This document shows, piece after piece, positions 48,216-61,353 of a stretch of 64,000 nucleotides of DNA. Made by a program: the position numbers and the translations under genes. The notes below the pieces were generated by a model. That model ran no database searches. It was not told the DNA's origin and saw nothing but the letters and a program-made list of their open reading frames with translations. The stretch is from Mobula hypostoma (taxonomy: Eukaryota), in the NCBI RefSeq assembly GCF_963921235.1, contig NC_086101.1:109864001-109928000 (forward strand), read 5' to 3'. How positions within the stretch are numbered: the first letter of the stretch is position 1; every line of letters begins with the position of its first letter.

Positions 48216-49899
48216 TAGAGAATTACTATAAATTACACAACTAAATTAATTGTGCAGATAAAAGGAATAACAAGGTAGTATTGCACACTAAAAATGCTGG
48301 AGAAACTGATCAGGCCATGCTACATCTGTGGAGGGAAATGAACAGTCAACATTCCAAGCCCGAACCCTTCATCAGGACTGGAAAGGAAGGTGAGGTGAGG
48401 CAGGTGCAGAAGCCAGAATAAAATGCTATGGGGAGGGGCAGGAGTACAAGCTCACAGGCCAAGTGAGAGGGAGGTGTGGAGTGGGAATGAAGTGAGAGTC
48501 TGGGATTTGATAGGTGGAAGAGGGAAGGAGCAGAAAAGGATGAGCTCTGATGGGAGAGAATAAGGGGAAGGAGGCGAGGGTGCTGAGTAGGTTGGGAGGG
48601 TGGGGAATGGCAAAGAGAAGGGGTAGTGTCAAGGGTTTTATGGACCATTCAGAAATCCAATGGTGGGGGGTGGGTAGAAGCTGTTTATGGATCATTGAGT
48701 GTGGGTCTTCAGGTTCCTGTACCTCTTCCCTGGAGGTAGTTACGAGAAGACCAGGGTCAGAGATCCCTAGGGGTCTGGGAGTTGATGCCCGAAGGCCAGA
48801 ACTGTGGCTCAATGGGCTGAAGACCAAAGTTGGAGCCCATTGACTGTGTGACTTTGAGAACAAGGACTCAAAGCCCGGCGGTGGCCTATCCAGGGACTGG
48901 CTGTGCGAGTGAGCCGGTGGGAGGGACGAGTGCGTGTTTTGCCATTGGCATCTTGCTTTGTTTGTGCTGTCCTGTGGAACACTGGGTGAGGTATGCAGTC
49001 ACTGGTGCCGGAATGGCTCGAGGCCGAAGATGGCCTGCCTGGGGTGAGAGGACTGCAGACATGGGTGGGTGGGAGGGAGGGAGGGTTGTTTGGCTGCTGC
49101 TTCGTCACTTGGTATGGTGTGTGTTGTTCTGCCAAACGTGGTGGGGTAGTTCGTTGGTGCCGGAATGTGTGACCACCCTTGTGAGCACATCCTTGGGCTG
49201 CAGCACAAACAACATATTTCACTGTACATCTCAGTGTACTTGTGATAAATAAATCTGGTACGTCTCGGGTGGCGAGAGCCTTCAGTGATGATGCCACCTT
49301 CTTGAGACACCATTATTGAGGTGCTGGTCAGTGGGGTTAATGAAATAGGCACTGAACGTGATGGGCCAAGGGGCCTGACAGACTGTGTTTAAAATCTGCA
49401 GGAAAACATGAACTAATACACTAAAATGTCGAACAAGTGAAAAGACAGCGGTTCCCAAATTGAAAGAATCCCAGCCATCACTATTGCGAGGTGTAAAAAG
49501 ATGACATTTACAGATTCAGGATTGTTCATTGTCTTTCTTCAGTGCACACATGAAAGGAGAACAAATTGATTGTTACTCTGATCTGATGGCAGAGGGGAAC
49601 AGCTGGTTTCCCTCCACCATCAGATATCTGAACAGATAATGAACCTATGAGTACTACCTTGTAATATTGCACTTATTTACAGCAATTTTTATGTCTTGCT
49701 GCCACAAAACAACAATTTTTAGGGAAAATGTCGGGGTAATAAATCTGATTTCAATGCTTCTGGTTCGGAGATTTCAATATTACATTTCAGTATATTTGAC
49801 CATCCATATCCAATCCGTTTGTTTGAATTCAAAATTAATCTTCCAGTGCCCCCACCCCCTCCCCCAAATCAACACGACAGCGAAAATGAAAATGCGCAA

Positions 49900-50009
49900 G
49901 TCACTCTGTATCATACGTCACCAGGGCTGGTTTATCAGTCGTGTTGAAAGGCTGGCCTTGGAGTGGCAGAAGCAGGCAGCAAGACCATTTTCAGCGGGGC
50001 CTTTAGACG
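49900..50009 (+). other. Putative 5' non-coding exon of the plus-strand gene (start uncertain)
   Basis: Consensus donor ACG|gtgagt at 50009/50010 in non-repeat sequence, with a CRE-like tacgtca at ~49914-49920 upstream. Confidence 0.35.
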
Positions 50010-50894
50010 GTGAGTGCCAGGGCAACAGGGCAACCCTGCAGACACTCGCATTCATTACTGCAGTCTGCAGTGCAGCACGTCTCCAGCTTGAGGAAAACCA
50101 GGCATTTAAGGACAGTGTCAGGCAGAGCAGGGAGGAGGGTGGGTACAGCGACGGGGACGGGAGGGAGATGGAAAAGGGCAGGCAGGGGAGGGTGATGCAG
50201 GACCATGGAGAGCGAGAGGAAACTGATGAGAGATGTGAAGAGAGAGGAGGAAGAGAGAGACAAAGATAGAGGGGGCAGAAGATGGTGAGATACAGAAAGG
50301 AGAGGTTTAGAGAGAGAGTGACGGTAATGGGGAGATACGGGAAAAGGAGGGGTGAAGGAGCTGGATATACCGCAGGAAGGGCGAACGGGGAGATTAGCAA
50401 AGCAAGAGAGGGGCAGGGAGACAAAGAGGGATGGAGAGGCAGAGCGGAAGAAAGAATATACAGGAAAATAGAGGGGGAGAGGTGATGGAGGAAGATACAG
50501 AGATTGATACAGAGGGAAAGGGAGAGTGGGGAGTGACAGAAAGCCAGGGAGGGAAGAGGGATAGGGAGAGAAAGGGAAAGCAGAATAGAGATGGGGGGGG
50601 AGGGGAAAGAAAGAGAGAGCCCAAGGAAAAAGGAATGGGGGATGGACGGGGCGGAGGGGGGGGTCACTAGGGGAGATCCAGCTAGTACGGACGGAGAGGA
50701 TAAGAGAATGTGGGGAGAGGAAGGGAAGGGAAGGGCATGCAGTTGAAAGGAGCGGGGGTGAGGGATAACGGGTGCGGCGGAGACTGGCAGAGGGGCTGAC
50801 TGATGAATAGTGGTGTTTCCAGCTCCCGCTGGCTGCCCGCCCCTGGTGTGCGGAGCGGGGCCTGCGGAGGGCGGGCCGAGCGCTTTCTCTGCAG

Positions 50895-50958
50895 GGGCTG
50901 CGGGAGCTGCAGACTGCAGCGGCGAGAAGGCATTTCACACCGATCGGAAGACCGGGAG
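50895..50958 (+). other. Putative non-coding exon in a GC-rich island (50780-50960)
   Basis: Acceptor cgctttctctgcag| and donor GAG|gtacgg. GC boxes gcccgcccc and gggcggg lie immediately upstream. No ATG. Confidence 0.5.
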
Positions 50959-50959
50959 G

Positions 50960-52380
50960 TACGGAGGGGAGTTGGGGAAGAGAGAGGAGCGGGGATGGTG
51001 GGGGATGGCAGGAAAGCCGTGACTGGACAGAGAGGAGGGGAGAGGGAGAGATTGAGGACTGGGGAAGGAAGAAGTAGGGGAGGGGTGTGGAGGTATGGCA
51101 GGAAGGGCGTGATTGGACGGAGGGGGTGAGGAGTGGTAGTAGCAACGGCAGGAAGGGCGTGACTGGATGGGGGGAGAGACTGAGGAGTGGGGAAGGGAGA
51201 AGTAGGGGAGGGGTGGGGAGAGTGCATGGAGGGGAGAGATTGAGGGGTGGGGAGGGAAGAAGTAGGGGAGGGGTGTGGGGGGTGGGGAGGGTTGGCAGGA
51301 AGGGCGTGACTGGATGGAGGGGAGAGAGATTGAGGGGTGGGGAGGGAAAAAGTAGGGGAGGGGTGGGGAGTGCATGGAGGGGAGAGATTGAGGGGTGGGG
51401 AGGGAAGAAGTAGGGGAGGGGTGTGGGGGGTGGGGGAGGGTTGGCAGGAAGGGCGTGACTAAATGTTAGGGAGAGTGAGGGAAGGGGAAGGGAGGAGTTG
51501 GTAAGGGATGTGAGGGGTGGGCTAGGGATGGCAGGAAGGGTGGACTGGACAGAGGGGAGGGGAGAGGGAGCGATTGAGGGGTGGGGAGGGATGGCAGGAA
51601 GGGCGTGATTGGACGGAGAGGAGAGGAAAGGGAAAGAGTGGGGGATGGGCGTGACTGGATGGAAGGGAGGAGAGAGTGAGAGGAGGGGGAAGGGAGGAAT
51701 TGGTGAGGGGTGGGGAGATATAGCAGGAAGGGCGTGATTGGACGGAGGGGGAGAGGGGTGAGGGGTGGGCGAGGAATGGAGGGGAGAGGAGAGGGAAAGA
51801 GTGGGAGGAGTTGGTGAGGGGTGGGGAGGTATGGCAGGAAGGGCGTGAACGGACGGAAGGGGCAGAAGGAGGTGTAGGTGAGAGTAGTGAGTGGGTGTTG
51901 AGGTGCAGGAAGGTATTAAGAGTTGGGGAAATTTTCATTGGGGACCGGGTGAGTTAGGTTGCGAGGGGGCAGTTAGAGTGGAGCAGTTGAACAGATAGGG
52001 AGTGGGGACTGAGGGGTGTGGACGTTGTGGGGAAGGAGAAGGGGTGGGGAGAGGAGCCAGGGAAGGGATGTCAGTGGTGGGGGAGTAGTAAGGGGTGGGG
52101 AAGACTGTGGGGAGGGTGGGGGGGAAGGGTAGGGAGGGGAGTGGGGTAAGGAGAGTGATAGGTGAGGTTGAGAGGTGTGAAGGAAGTGGGGAGTGCAAGA
52201 ATGAAACTGAGGGCCGGGAAGTGGTGATCAATGGTGAGGAGGGAGAATGAGAGGTTTGGAGAGGGAGACTAATTGGAGCCTAAGGGAGAGGGAAGCAGGG
52301 ACAGGAGGAGGTGTTGAGTGGAGGGAGGGGCAGCAGGGTGCGTGACAGGGCACCAGGAGGGGAGAGAGGGAGAAAGGGGA
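50960..52380 (+). repeat. G-rich degenerate minisatellite / polypurine tract
   Basis: About nine recurrences of ggcaggaagggcgtga(c/t)tgga plus gattgaggggtggggaggg and agtaggggagggg blocks, with extreme G skew. A further GA-rich tract lies at 50130-50780. Confidence 0.9.
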
Positions 52381-52504
52381 ACAGGAGTAGTAGTGTTGGC
52401 TGGTTGGAGCCCGGCATTGAGGCCGAAGGACTGGAATATGCCAGGCTATGTGGAGAGGGGATCACGAGGGCACATTACACAGCGAGTGCTTTATTGACCT
52501 TGCC

Positions 52505-52788
52505 GGGTACCCAGGAGGGGCATGGGGCAGGGTGATGCAATGCGCCCGGACGGTGTTCAGACATGGGAATCGGCTGCTTGTGACTGCCAAGCTCCTGGGT
52601 ACCAGGAGGGGCATGGGGCAGGGTGATGCAATGCGCCCGGACGGTGTTCAGACATGGGAATCGGCTGCTTGTGACTGCCACGCTCCTGGGTACCAGGAGG
52701 GGCATGGGGCAGGGTGATGCAATGCGCCCGGACGGTGTTCAGACATGGGAATCGGCTGCTTGTGACTGCCACGCTCCTGGGTACCAGG
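52505..52788. repeat. Tandem array of three 91-bp units
   Basis: Units start at 52505 (92 nt), 52597 and 52688, with a partial unit at 52779. Units 2 and 3 appear identical; unit 1 differs by one indel and one substitution. Confidence 0.97.
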
Positions 52789-53619
52789 CAAGGTCAGTAA
52801 CGCACCAACTGTGGAGCTTAATGTGGAGGAACAGCTCGCCAGTCGCTCTGTCATTTTGTCTGCGTGTGGTTTAATTTACGAATGGGGCAATTAATCGATT
52901 TTTCGCGGTCACCGGAGATCGTTGTGACCTCAGGCAATTCCACTGTGGAAGTATCACACCAGATACAGCTACCTCACCCTCAACATAATGAATTCCTTCC
53001 AGAGGCACGGGTGCTGGAAAAGCACACGAAGTGCTGGAGGAACTCAGCAGGTCAGGCAGCACCTACGGAAATGAATAAACAGTTGACATTTCAGGCCCAG
53101 ACCTTTTGCCAGGACTGAAAGGGAAGTTGGGGGTGGGGGGCAGAAGCCAGAATAAGAAGGTGGGGGAGATGTGGAAGGAGTCCAAGCTGGCCAGTGAGAC
53201 CAGGTGAAGGGGAAGGTGGGTGTGTGGAAAAGGAGGGGTGAAATAAGAAGCTGAGGAAAAGGTAAAAAACTGAAGAAGAAGGAATTTGAGAGGAGAGTGG
53301 GCCATGCAATAAAGGCCCGCCCATCCACTTACCTTCCCCTTCACCTGGTCTCACCTATCACCTGCCAGCTTGTACTTATTTCCCGCTCTCCACCCACCTT
53401 CATATTCTGGCTTCTTCCCTTTCCTCGGTCTGAAATGTCAACCGTTTTATTCCCCTTCATAGATGCTGCCTGATGAGCTGAATTCCTTTGCTATGGCTCT
53501 CCCCTCTCCCCCTCTCACCCATAACACTCTATCTCTCTCTCCCAGTTTTTCATTCATGAGCCTGAAATCACTTCTTGTATTAGAATACATGAGCAAGGTT
53601 GTAATGTTAAGACTTAACA

Positions 53620-54320
53620 TTACTGGTCAGACCAATATTGTGAGCGGCTTCGGTTTCCTTATCCCCCTATGTATGAAAGGGTGTGCCAGCATTGGCAAGG
53701 GTCCAGAGGAGGTTCTTGAGAATGATCCTGGGGATGGAAGGGTTAACGTATGAGGAGCATTTGATGCCTCTGGGCCTGTACTTGCTGGAGTTTAGAAGAA
53801 TGGGGGGGGATCTCATTGAAACCTATCGAATAATGAAGGGACACACATCAAAGTTGCTGGTGAACGCAGCAGGCCAAGCAGCATCTATAGGAAGAGGCGC
53901 AGTCGACGTTTCAGGCCGAGACCCTTCGTCAGGACTAACTGAAGGAATAATGAAGGGCTTAGAAAGAGTGGACGTGGAGAGGAAGATTCCTGTACTGGGG
54001 GAGTCTAGGGTCAAAGGGCACAGCCTCAGTATATAAAGATGTTCCTTGAATAGAGATGTTCGAGATGTTTAGAACAGAGATGAGGAATTCCTTTAGCTAG
54101 AGAATGGTGAATCTGTGGAATTCATTGCCACAGATAGTTGTGAGGGTCAAGTCATGGAGTATATTTAGAGGTTGAAAGATTCTTGATTGATAAGGGTGTC
54201 AAGGTTGTTGGGAGAAAGCAGACGAATGAGGTTGAAAGGAATAATAAATCAGCTATGATGGAATGGTGGAACAGACTTGATGGGCAGAATGGCCTAATTC
54301 TGCTTCTGTGTCTTGTGATT
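53620..54320 (+). mobile_element. CR1 LINE 3' fragment
   Basis: ARVQRRFLRMILGMEGLTYEEHL..LGLYLLEFRRMGGDLIETYRIMKG. Similar fragments lie at ~56460-56960, 57230-57680 and 60930-61350. Confidence 0.85.
53841..53944 (-). mobile_element. 104-bp Penelope 3'-terminus insertion with a hammerhead core and 13-bp TSD
   Basis: TSD gaataatgaaggg at 53828-53840 and 53945-53957. The minus strand reads agtc-CTGACGA-agggtctcggcct-GAAAC-GTC-gact. Confidence 0.88.
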
Positions 54321-57300
54321 TTATACCTTGCTGCCAAGTTTGGTGTGATCATACCTCTTTGACTATTCTCACACATCTCCCGCTACGTAAATGGGGAGTT
54401 GTTGCTGTCGCATGAGTACTTGTAGGCCTATCCAAGACACAAGCAATTACCTGTATACCGGGGGCTCTTGCGGCATGAGTCTGGAAGTCCCTCCCCGAAG
54501 GCATAGTGGGAGCAACAGAAGGACAGCAGAGGATCGAGGAGGTGGCTCGACCCCACCTCCTCGAGGGCAGTAAGGAGTAAACAATAAATGCTGATCTTAG
54601 CCAACGCCAACGCCTGAAAAATAACGCCCGACTCGAAAGGACTGCAGCGACTCAGATATCAACCGCTCGGTCACCTTGCTCCCGAACCTCCCAGCTCTGC
54701 ATATTCCGTGATTGATCAGTTTCCCCAGGGATCTGACTCACAGCCTCCATCCCCACCCTCCCGTCCGCCTCACTGCGCTGTCCCGTCACGCATCCTGCGG
54801 GCTCGGTTCCGGATAGTGACGGGAAGACGGCAAGATCGGGAGACTGATAGATTTGGAACATCTCCAATCCAAATTCTGCATTTGGTCTGCGGGAATTCTG
54901 TAGTTGAGAGAGGAGAGGAGGCAGACTTTACTTTTGAATGAAGAGTGTTCCTTGCATGGGTCAAAGTTGGAATGCCTTTTGGGGGAGGTTGCAGGATCAT
55001 AACATGGAAGTGCTATGGTGTCCATCTAAGTTTGTCCCATTTTTCCGCATTTGGTGCATACCAAGGAACAACTTTATTCGCCATATACATTTTTATATAT
55101 ATATTAGGACTGTGGTGTTTTGGTCAGAGCATGACAGGTGACAAAAACAACAATGTTCAACAATTATAAGGAATTATATAAAAGTAAAGTTGGAGCCTAA
55201 AGTATGGATATGGAATAAAATGGGCATAAATACTAAATCCCAGCATTTATTTACAATGAAAACAGCATTATAAATTGTAGTTAAATGTGGTGTTTACAGC
55301 ACAGTACAGATGTGTGTGGGGGACTAACTAGAATGATAGGTCATATTAACTGCCTGGGGGTAGAAAGTTTTAAGATGGCGAAAAGTTTTGTTTTTTTAAT
55401 AGCCTTATCGTGTTTTCCAGAGGTGAGATTTTGGATAAAGCAGCTTGCAGGGAGGGTAGTGTCCGTATTGATTTTTCCTGCCTGCTTTTTTAATCCTGGT
55501 CACAGACAAGTCCTGCAGTGATGGTGGACTGCAGCCATTGACCTTTCCTGCTGACCTGACAGTTGGCTGTAGTGTTCATACACTGTGAGAGAATGCTGCG
55601 TCAAACCAGACAGTAATAGCTGATGTGAGGATGCTCTCTATGATGGCAGTGTAGAATTGCACCAGTAGGTTCAAAGTAAGTTTATTATCAAACTACATAT
55701 TTGTCACTGTGTACTACCCTGAGATTCATTGTCTTGTGGGCAGGCACAGTAAGTGCAAAGAAACGCAGTAGAGTCAATGAAAAAACTGCACTCAACCAAG
55801 GCGGACAAACAACCAATGTTTAAAAGACAACAGGCTGTGCAAATACAAAGAAAAAGAGAAATGAAAATAAATAAATAAGCAATAAATGTCAAGATTATGA
55901 GTTGTAGGGCCCTTAAAGGTTAGTCTATTGGTTGTGGAAGCAGTTTCAGATTTGAGGTGAGTGATGCTGTCGTCTAAGGTTCAGAGCCTGATGATTTAAC
56001 TGTTCTGGGGAAAGTGGAATTTTACCAATTGCCACATCTCCCTGTGTACTGTCTACCTATTGTGACACAATCTGCCACAACCACTACATTTATGAAGCAT
56101 TTGGGAGGACACCCAGGAGGATCGGGTCCTAATGTGGGTAGATGAGCAAAAAGACTGGCTTTAGCCTGATGGGCTGAAGGGCCTGTTTCTGTGCTCTGTG
56201 ACCCGAGGTGCACCGTCCTTTGTTTAAGGTGTCAGTGCACCTTCCTCAACTTCTCCCTGCGGCAGCTCCATCTGTATGCTGACCACCTTCTGGGTGAAGA
56301 CATTGTCCCTCAGCTCCCCTTTTAACTCCCTCCCATCTCATCTCAAGCCTATGCCCACCATTTCTTGAATTCCTCACCCCTATGAAGAAGACAGTGTGTG
56401 TTCACCCTACCTGCTTGAAAGACAAAGTCGAAGTAAACGTACAATATTATCAAAGTACGCATGTTGTCATTGGAGAGAGTCCAGAAGAGGTTCAAAAAGA
56501 TGATTCTAGGAATGAAGGGGTTAACATATGAGGAGTGTTTGGCAGCTTTGGGCTTGTACACACTGAACGTTGGGGGGGGGGGGGTGAAACCTCCCAAACG
56601 TTGAAAAGACTAGATAGGGTGGATGTGGAGAGGATGTTTCCTATGGTGGGGGTGTCCAGAACTAGAAAGCACAGCTCAAAATTGAGGGGTGACCTTTTAG
56701 AACAGAGGTGAGCAGGATTTTTTTTTTAGCCAGGGTGTAGTGAATCTGTGGAATGCTCTGCCACAGACTGGTGGAGGCCAAGCTGGTCGGTATAGTTAAG
56801 GTGGAAGTCGAAGGTTTCCTGGTCGGTCAGGGCATCAAAGGATATGGTGAGAAGGCAGGTGTATGGGGTTCAGTGGGATCTGGGATCAGCCATGATAGAA
56901 TGGTGGAGCAGACTCGATGGGCTGAATGGCCTAATTCTGTTCCTATGGCTCATGGTCTTATGGTCTTGTATGTCACCATATACTGTCATGAGATTCACTA
57001 TCTTGCGGGAACTCACAGGAAAATAAAGAAATTCAGTAGAATTTATGAAAATTATACACAAACAAAGTTGGACAAACAGCCAATGTGCAAAAGAAGACAG
57101 ATATTGCAAATAATAAATAATACGGAGAACATGAGTTGTAATTGATTTAAAAATGGGTCTGTAGGTTGTGGAATCAGTTCACTGATGCGATGAGTGAAAT
57201 TATTAATGCTAGTTGATGGCTGTAGGGGAATGAGTGGGTTAACTTAATGATGAGCGCGAGATAGCTCTTGTCCTGTACTTGCTGGAATTTAGAAGAGTGA

Positions 57301-59217
57301 GAGGGGATCTCAGTGAAACCTATCAAATATTGAAAGGTCTAGATAGAGTGGACATGGAGGAGATGTTTCCTATAGTAGCGGAGTCTACTACCAGAGGGCA
57401 CAGCCTCTGATTACAAGGACGTCCCTTTAGAACAGTGATGAGGAGGAATTCCTTAAGCCAGAGGGTGGTGAATATGTGGAACTTATTGCCATGGACAGCT
57501 ATGGAGGTCGTCATTGGGTATATTTAAAGTGGAGGTTGATAAGTTCTCGATTACTGTCAAAGGTTATGGGGAGAAAGCAGGAGAATGGAGCTGAGAGGTG
57601 TATAAATCAGCCATGATAGAATGATGGAGCAGAGTTGACTGGCTGAAAGACCTAATTCTGCTCCTATGTCTCATGGTCTTAATAACTTTTCCTGAACCTG
57701 GTGGAGTGGGACCTAAGGCTTCTGTATCTCCTGCCCATAGTAGTAGTGAGAAGAGAGCATAGCCTGGATTTGTGGGGGTCTTTAATGATGGATGCTGCTT
57801 TCAAATGGCAGCACTCCTTGTAAATGTACTTGGTGGTGGTAGGGGGGAATTTGCCTGTGACGTACTGGACTGTAAGAAGTAGAACTTTCTGTTGCTGGGC
57901 ATTGGTGTTTCCATAGCAGGCTGTGGTGCAGTCCGGCAGGATACTCTGCACTGTGCATTTATAGATGTTTGTCGAAGAGGCTGGCAGTTTACTGGGGATA
58001 GGGCGGCCAACACCAGTGAACTCCCTCCTTGCCTCGCTGGCTCTCTGGGTGAAGAAATTTGCTCATGACCTTGGATTTCCACAAGGACAAGGCAGCTTGG
58101 TAATCCTTGGCCTCCTAAGCGTTACACACAAAACGCTGGAGGAACTCAGCAGGTCAAGCAGCATCTACGGAAATGACTTAACAGTTGACGTTTTGTGTTG
58201 AGACCCTTCTTCAGGAATGGAGAAGATGCCAGAATAAAAAAGTGGGGGTGGGGGAAGGGGAAAGAAGATAGCTAGAAGGTGACAGGTGAAGCCAGGTCGG
58301 TGGGAAAGATAAAGGCGTGAAGAGGAAGTAATCTGATAGGAGAGGAAAGTGGACCTTCTCTCCTCTCCATCTTTGCTTTTGACAATCTGTCATTGTGCTA
58401 TAATTGCTTCTGTCTCTTTAGACTGGGGATTGCCAAATTTTTTAATGCCATGGACAAATACAATTAACCAAGTGGACCATAGATCCCAGGTTAGGGGCCC
58501 CTGCCTTAGACCGATGGTCACTCCTTCCTCGTCGAGGGTGAGGCCCTCCTGCAGTTACTCTCCTGTTGGCTCCCATCATTATTACTAGGGAAGAAAGTGG
58601 AGGGGATTAAGATATACACTGTATATTTATCTCAACATGGTAACAGGGGCATAGGTAAATGCATTGCCTGATCTTGTTGGACCTTCAGTCATTGTACTGA
58701 TCTTGAAAGTGTACAGAAAAGCTACCTCCTTCCTGAATCAGAGTCAGAATCGGGTTTAATATCGCTGGCATATGTTATGAATTTGTTGTTTTGCAGCAGC
58801 AGTATAGAGCAATGCATAATATTAATCTATAAATTATAATAAGAAGTATCATCATCACCATTATGTGCCTTCTCATATGACATAGGTGATCAAAGTCTTT
58901 CCATGACCATGATTGTTCTTGGCAATTTTTCTACAGAAGTGGTTTGCCATTGTTTTCTTCTGGGCAGTGTCTTTCCAAGATGGGTGACCCCACCCATTGT
59001 CAACATTCCTCAGAGATTGTCTGCCTGGCGTCAGTGGTCACATAAGCAGGACTTGTAATATGTACCACCTGCTCCCTTGGCTTCACATGACCCTGACTGG
59101 GGGCTAAACAGCTCCTACACTTTGCCCAAGGGTGACCTGCAGGCTAACGGAGGGAAGGAGCGCCTTACACCTCCCTTGGTAAAGACATATCTGCACCCCA
59201 CCATTCTTAGAAATGTA

Positions 59218-60719
59218 CAGTGCCTATAAAACGTATTCAACGCCCTCTTCCCAGCCCCCAGAAGTTCTCATATTTTATTGTTTTACAGATTTGACTCACA
59301 GTAGATTTAATTTGGCTTTTTTTGACACTGGTCAATAGAAAGACTCTTTTATGTCAAAGTAAAAGCACATCTCTACAAATTGATCTAAATTAATTACAAA
59401 TATAAAACACAAGATAGTTGATTGCATAAGTATTCACCCTCTTTTAAGTTATTAGTTAGTAGAAACACCTCCATTACAGCCTTGAGTCTGTGTGGATAGG
59501 CCTCTATCAGCTTTGCACATCTAGGCACTGCCATGCTTCCTCATTCTTCTTTACAAAACTGCTCAAGCTCTGTCAGATCACATGGGGATCGAGTCCAGCC
59601 ACAAATTTGCAATTAGATCGAGGTCTGGACCCCGACTTAGCCACTCCAGGACATTGTTTTTAAGCCATTACTGTGTAGCTTTGGCTTTATGCTTGGGGTC
59701 ATTATCTTGCTGGAAAACAAATCTCCCAAGTTACAGTTCTCTTATAGACTGCATTAGGTTTTCTTCCAGGATTTCTCTGTATTTTGCTGCATTCATTTTA
59801 CCCTCTACCTTCACAAGCCTTCCAGGGCCTGCTGCAGTGAAGCATCCCCACAGCATGATGCAGCCACCACCATGCTTCACGATAGGGATGGTGTGTTTTT
59901 GATTATGTGCGGCGTTTGGCTTCTTCCAATTGACTTTAGTCTCCCACATGCCTTCTAGCAAACCCTAGCTGAGATTTCATGTGAGCTTTTTTTTATCAAC
60001 AGTGGCTTTCTCTTTGCCACTCTCCCATAAAGCTGTGACTGGTGAAGCACCTGGGCAACAGTTGTTGAATGTGTAGTCTCCCCCAACTCAGCCACTGAAG
60101 CTTGTAACTCCTGGTCATGGGTCTCTTCCTCACAGTCACTCAGTTTTTGAGGACGGCCTGCTCTAGGCAGATTTACAGCTGTGCCATACATATTCTTTCC
60201 ATTTCTTGTTGATTAACTTAACTGTACTCCAAGGAATATTCCGTGACTTGGAAATTTTCATGTATTCATCTCCTGATTTGTGCTTTTCAATAACTTTTTT
60301 GTGAGTTGCTTGGAGTGTTCTTTTGTTTTCACAGTGTAGTTTTTGCCAGGAAACTGACTCGCCAGCAGTTGAACCTTCCAGATACAGGAGTATTTTTACT
60401 ACAATCAATTGAAACACCTTAGCTGCACACAGGTCTCCAAAAACAGATCTCCATTTAACTAATTATGTGACTTCTAAAATCAGTGATGATTTGGTGTGTC
60501 ATATTAAAGGGGGATGAATATATATGAAATCAATTATTTTGTTTTATATTTGCAATTAATTTAGATCACTTTGTAGAGATGTTTTCACTTTGACATGAAG
60601 GAGTCTTTTTCTGTTGATCAGCATCAAAAAAAAGCCAAATTAAATCCACTGTGATTCAATGTTGTAAAACAGTAAAACATGAAAATTTCCAAGGGGTTTA
60701 ATACTTTTTATAGACACTG
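59218..60719 (-). mobile_element. Tc1-family (IR/DR, Sleeping-Beauty-like) transposon with a degenerate, internally deleted transposase
   Basis: TA-flanked ~215-bp TIRs (cagtgcctataaaa / tttttatagacactg) with inner repeats. Minus ORF pieces KVIEKHKSGDEYMKISK..IPWSTVK, LPRAGRPQKL, GRVAKRKPLL and [18 protein letters not shown]. Confidence 0.93.
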
Positions 60720-61353
60720 TATATATTAAATTAAAAAAGTAGCGTAAAAAAAGAGCAAAGTGATGTAGCTTACATGGATTTGTTGCCCGCTCAGAAATCT
60801 GATGGATGAGGGAGAAGAAACGGTCCCTAAAATGCTGAGTACATGTTTTCAGACTCCTGTACCTCCTCTTTCATGGTAGCAATGAGAAGGCCAAGGGATC
60901 TTGTCCCTGTCCCTGAGCAAGGGGCGAGGAATACAAGGAAGATCCAGAGGAGGCTAACGGGAATGAGCCCAAGGCTTGATGTGGGAGGAGTGTCTTACAT
61001 CTCTGGACCTGTTCTTGATGGAGTTTGGAAGGGCGAGGGGGGAATCTACTGAAAGTCATGGATAGAGTGGAATCGGAGAGGATAGTTCCATTGGTAGGAG
61101 AGTCTTGGGTCTGAGGGCACAGAGTTAGAATGAAAGGGTGTCCCTTTAGAACTGAGATGAGGAGGAGCTTCTTCAGCCATAAGGTGGTGGGATTAATTGC
61201 CAGAGATGGCTGAGGAGGATAAGTCGCTGGGTGTACTTAAGGCAGAGATTGATAAGGTAGTTAAGGGACATAGGGAAAAAGAAGAAGAATGGGGTTGGAT
61301 AAAAATCAACCATAATTTGATGGTGGAACAGAATTGATTTGATGAATGGCCTA

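Noticed and set aside
49667-52231. Many long Pro/Ser/Leu- or Gly/Arg/Glu-rich ORFs (e.g. 50003-51145, 380 aa)
   Set aside because: These are stop-poor frames produced by polypurine/polypyrimidine low-complexity sequence, with no domain motifs.
52505-52788. CRISPR-like array
   Set aside because: The 'spacers' are identical rather than unique, there are no cas genes, and the context is eukaryotic.
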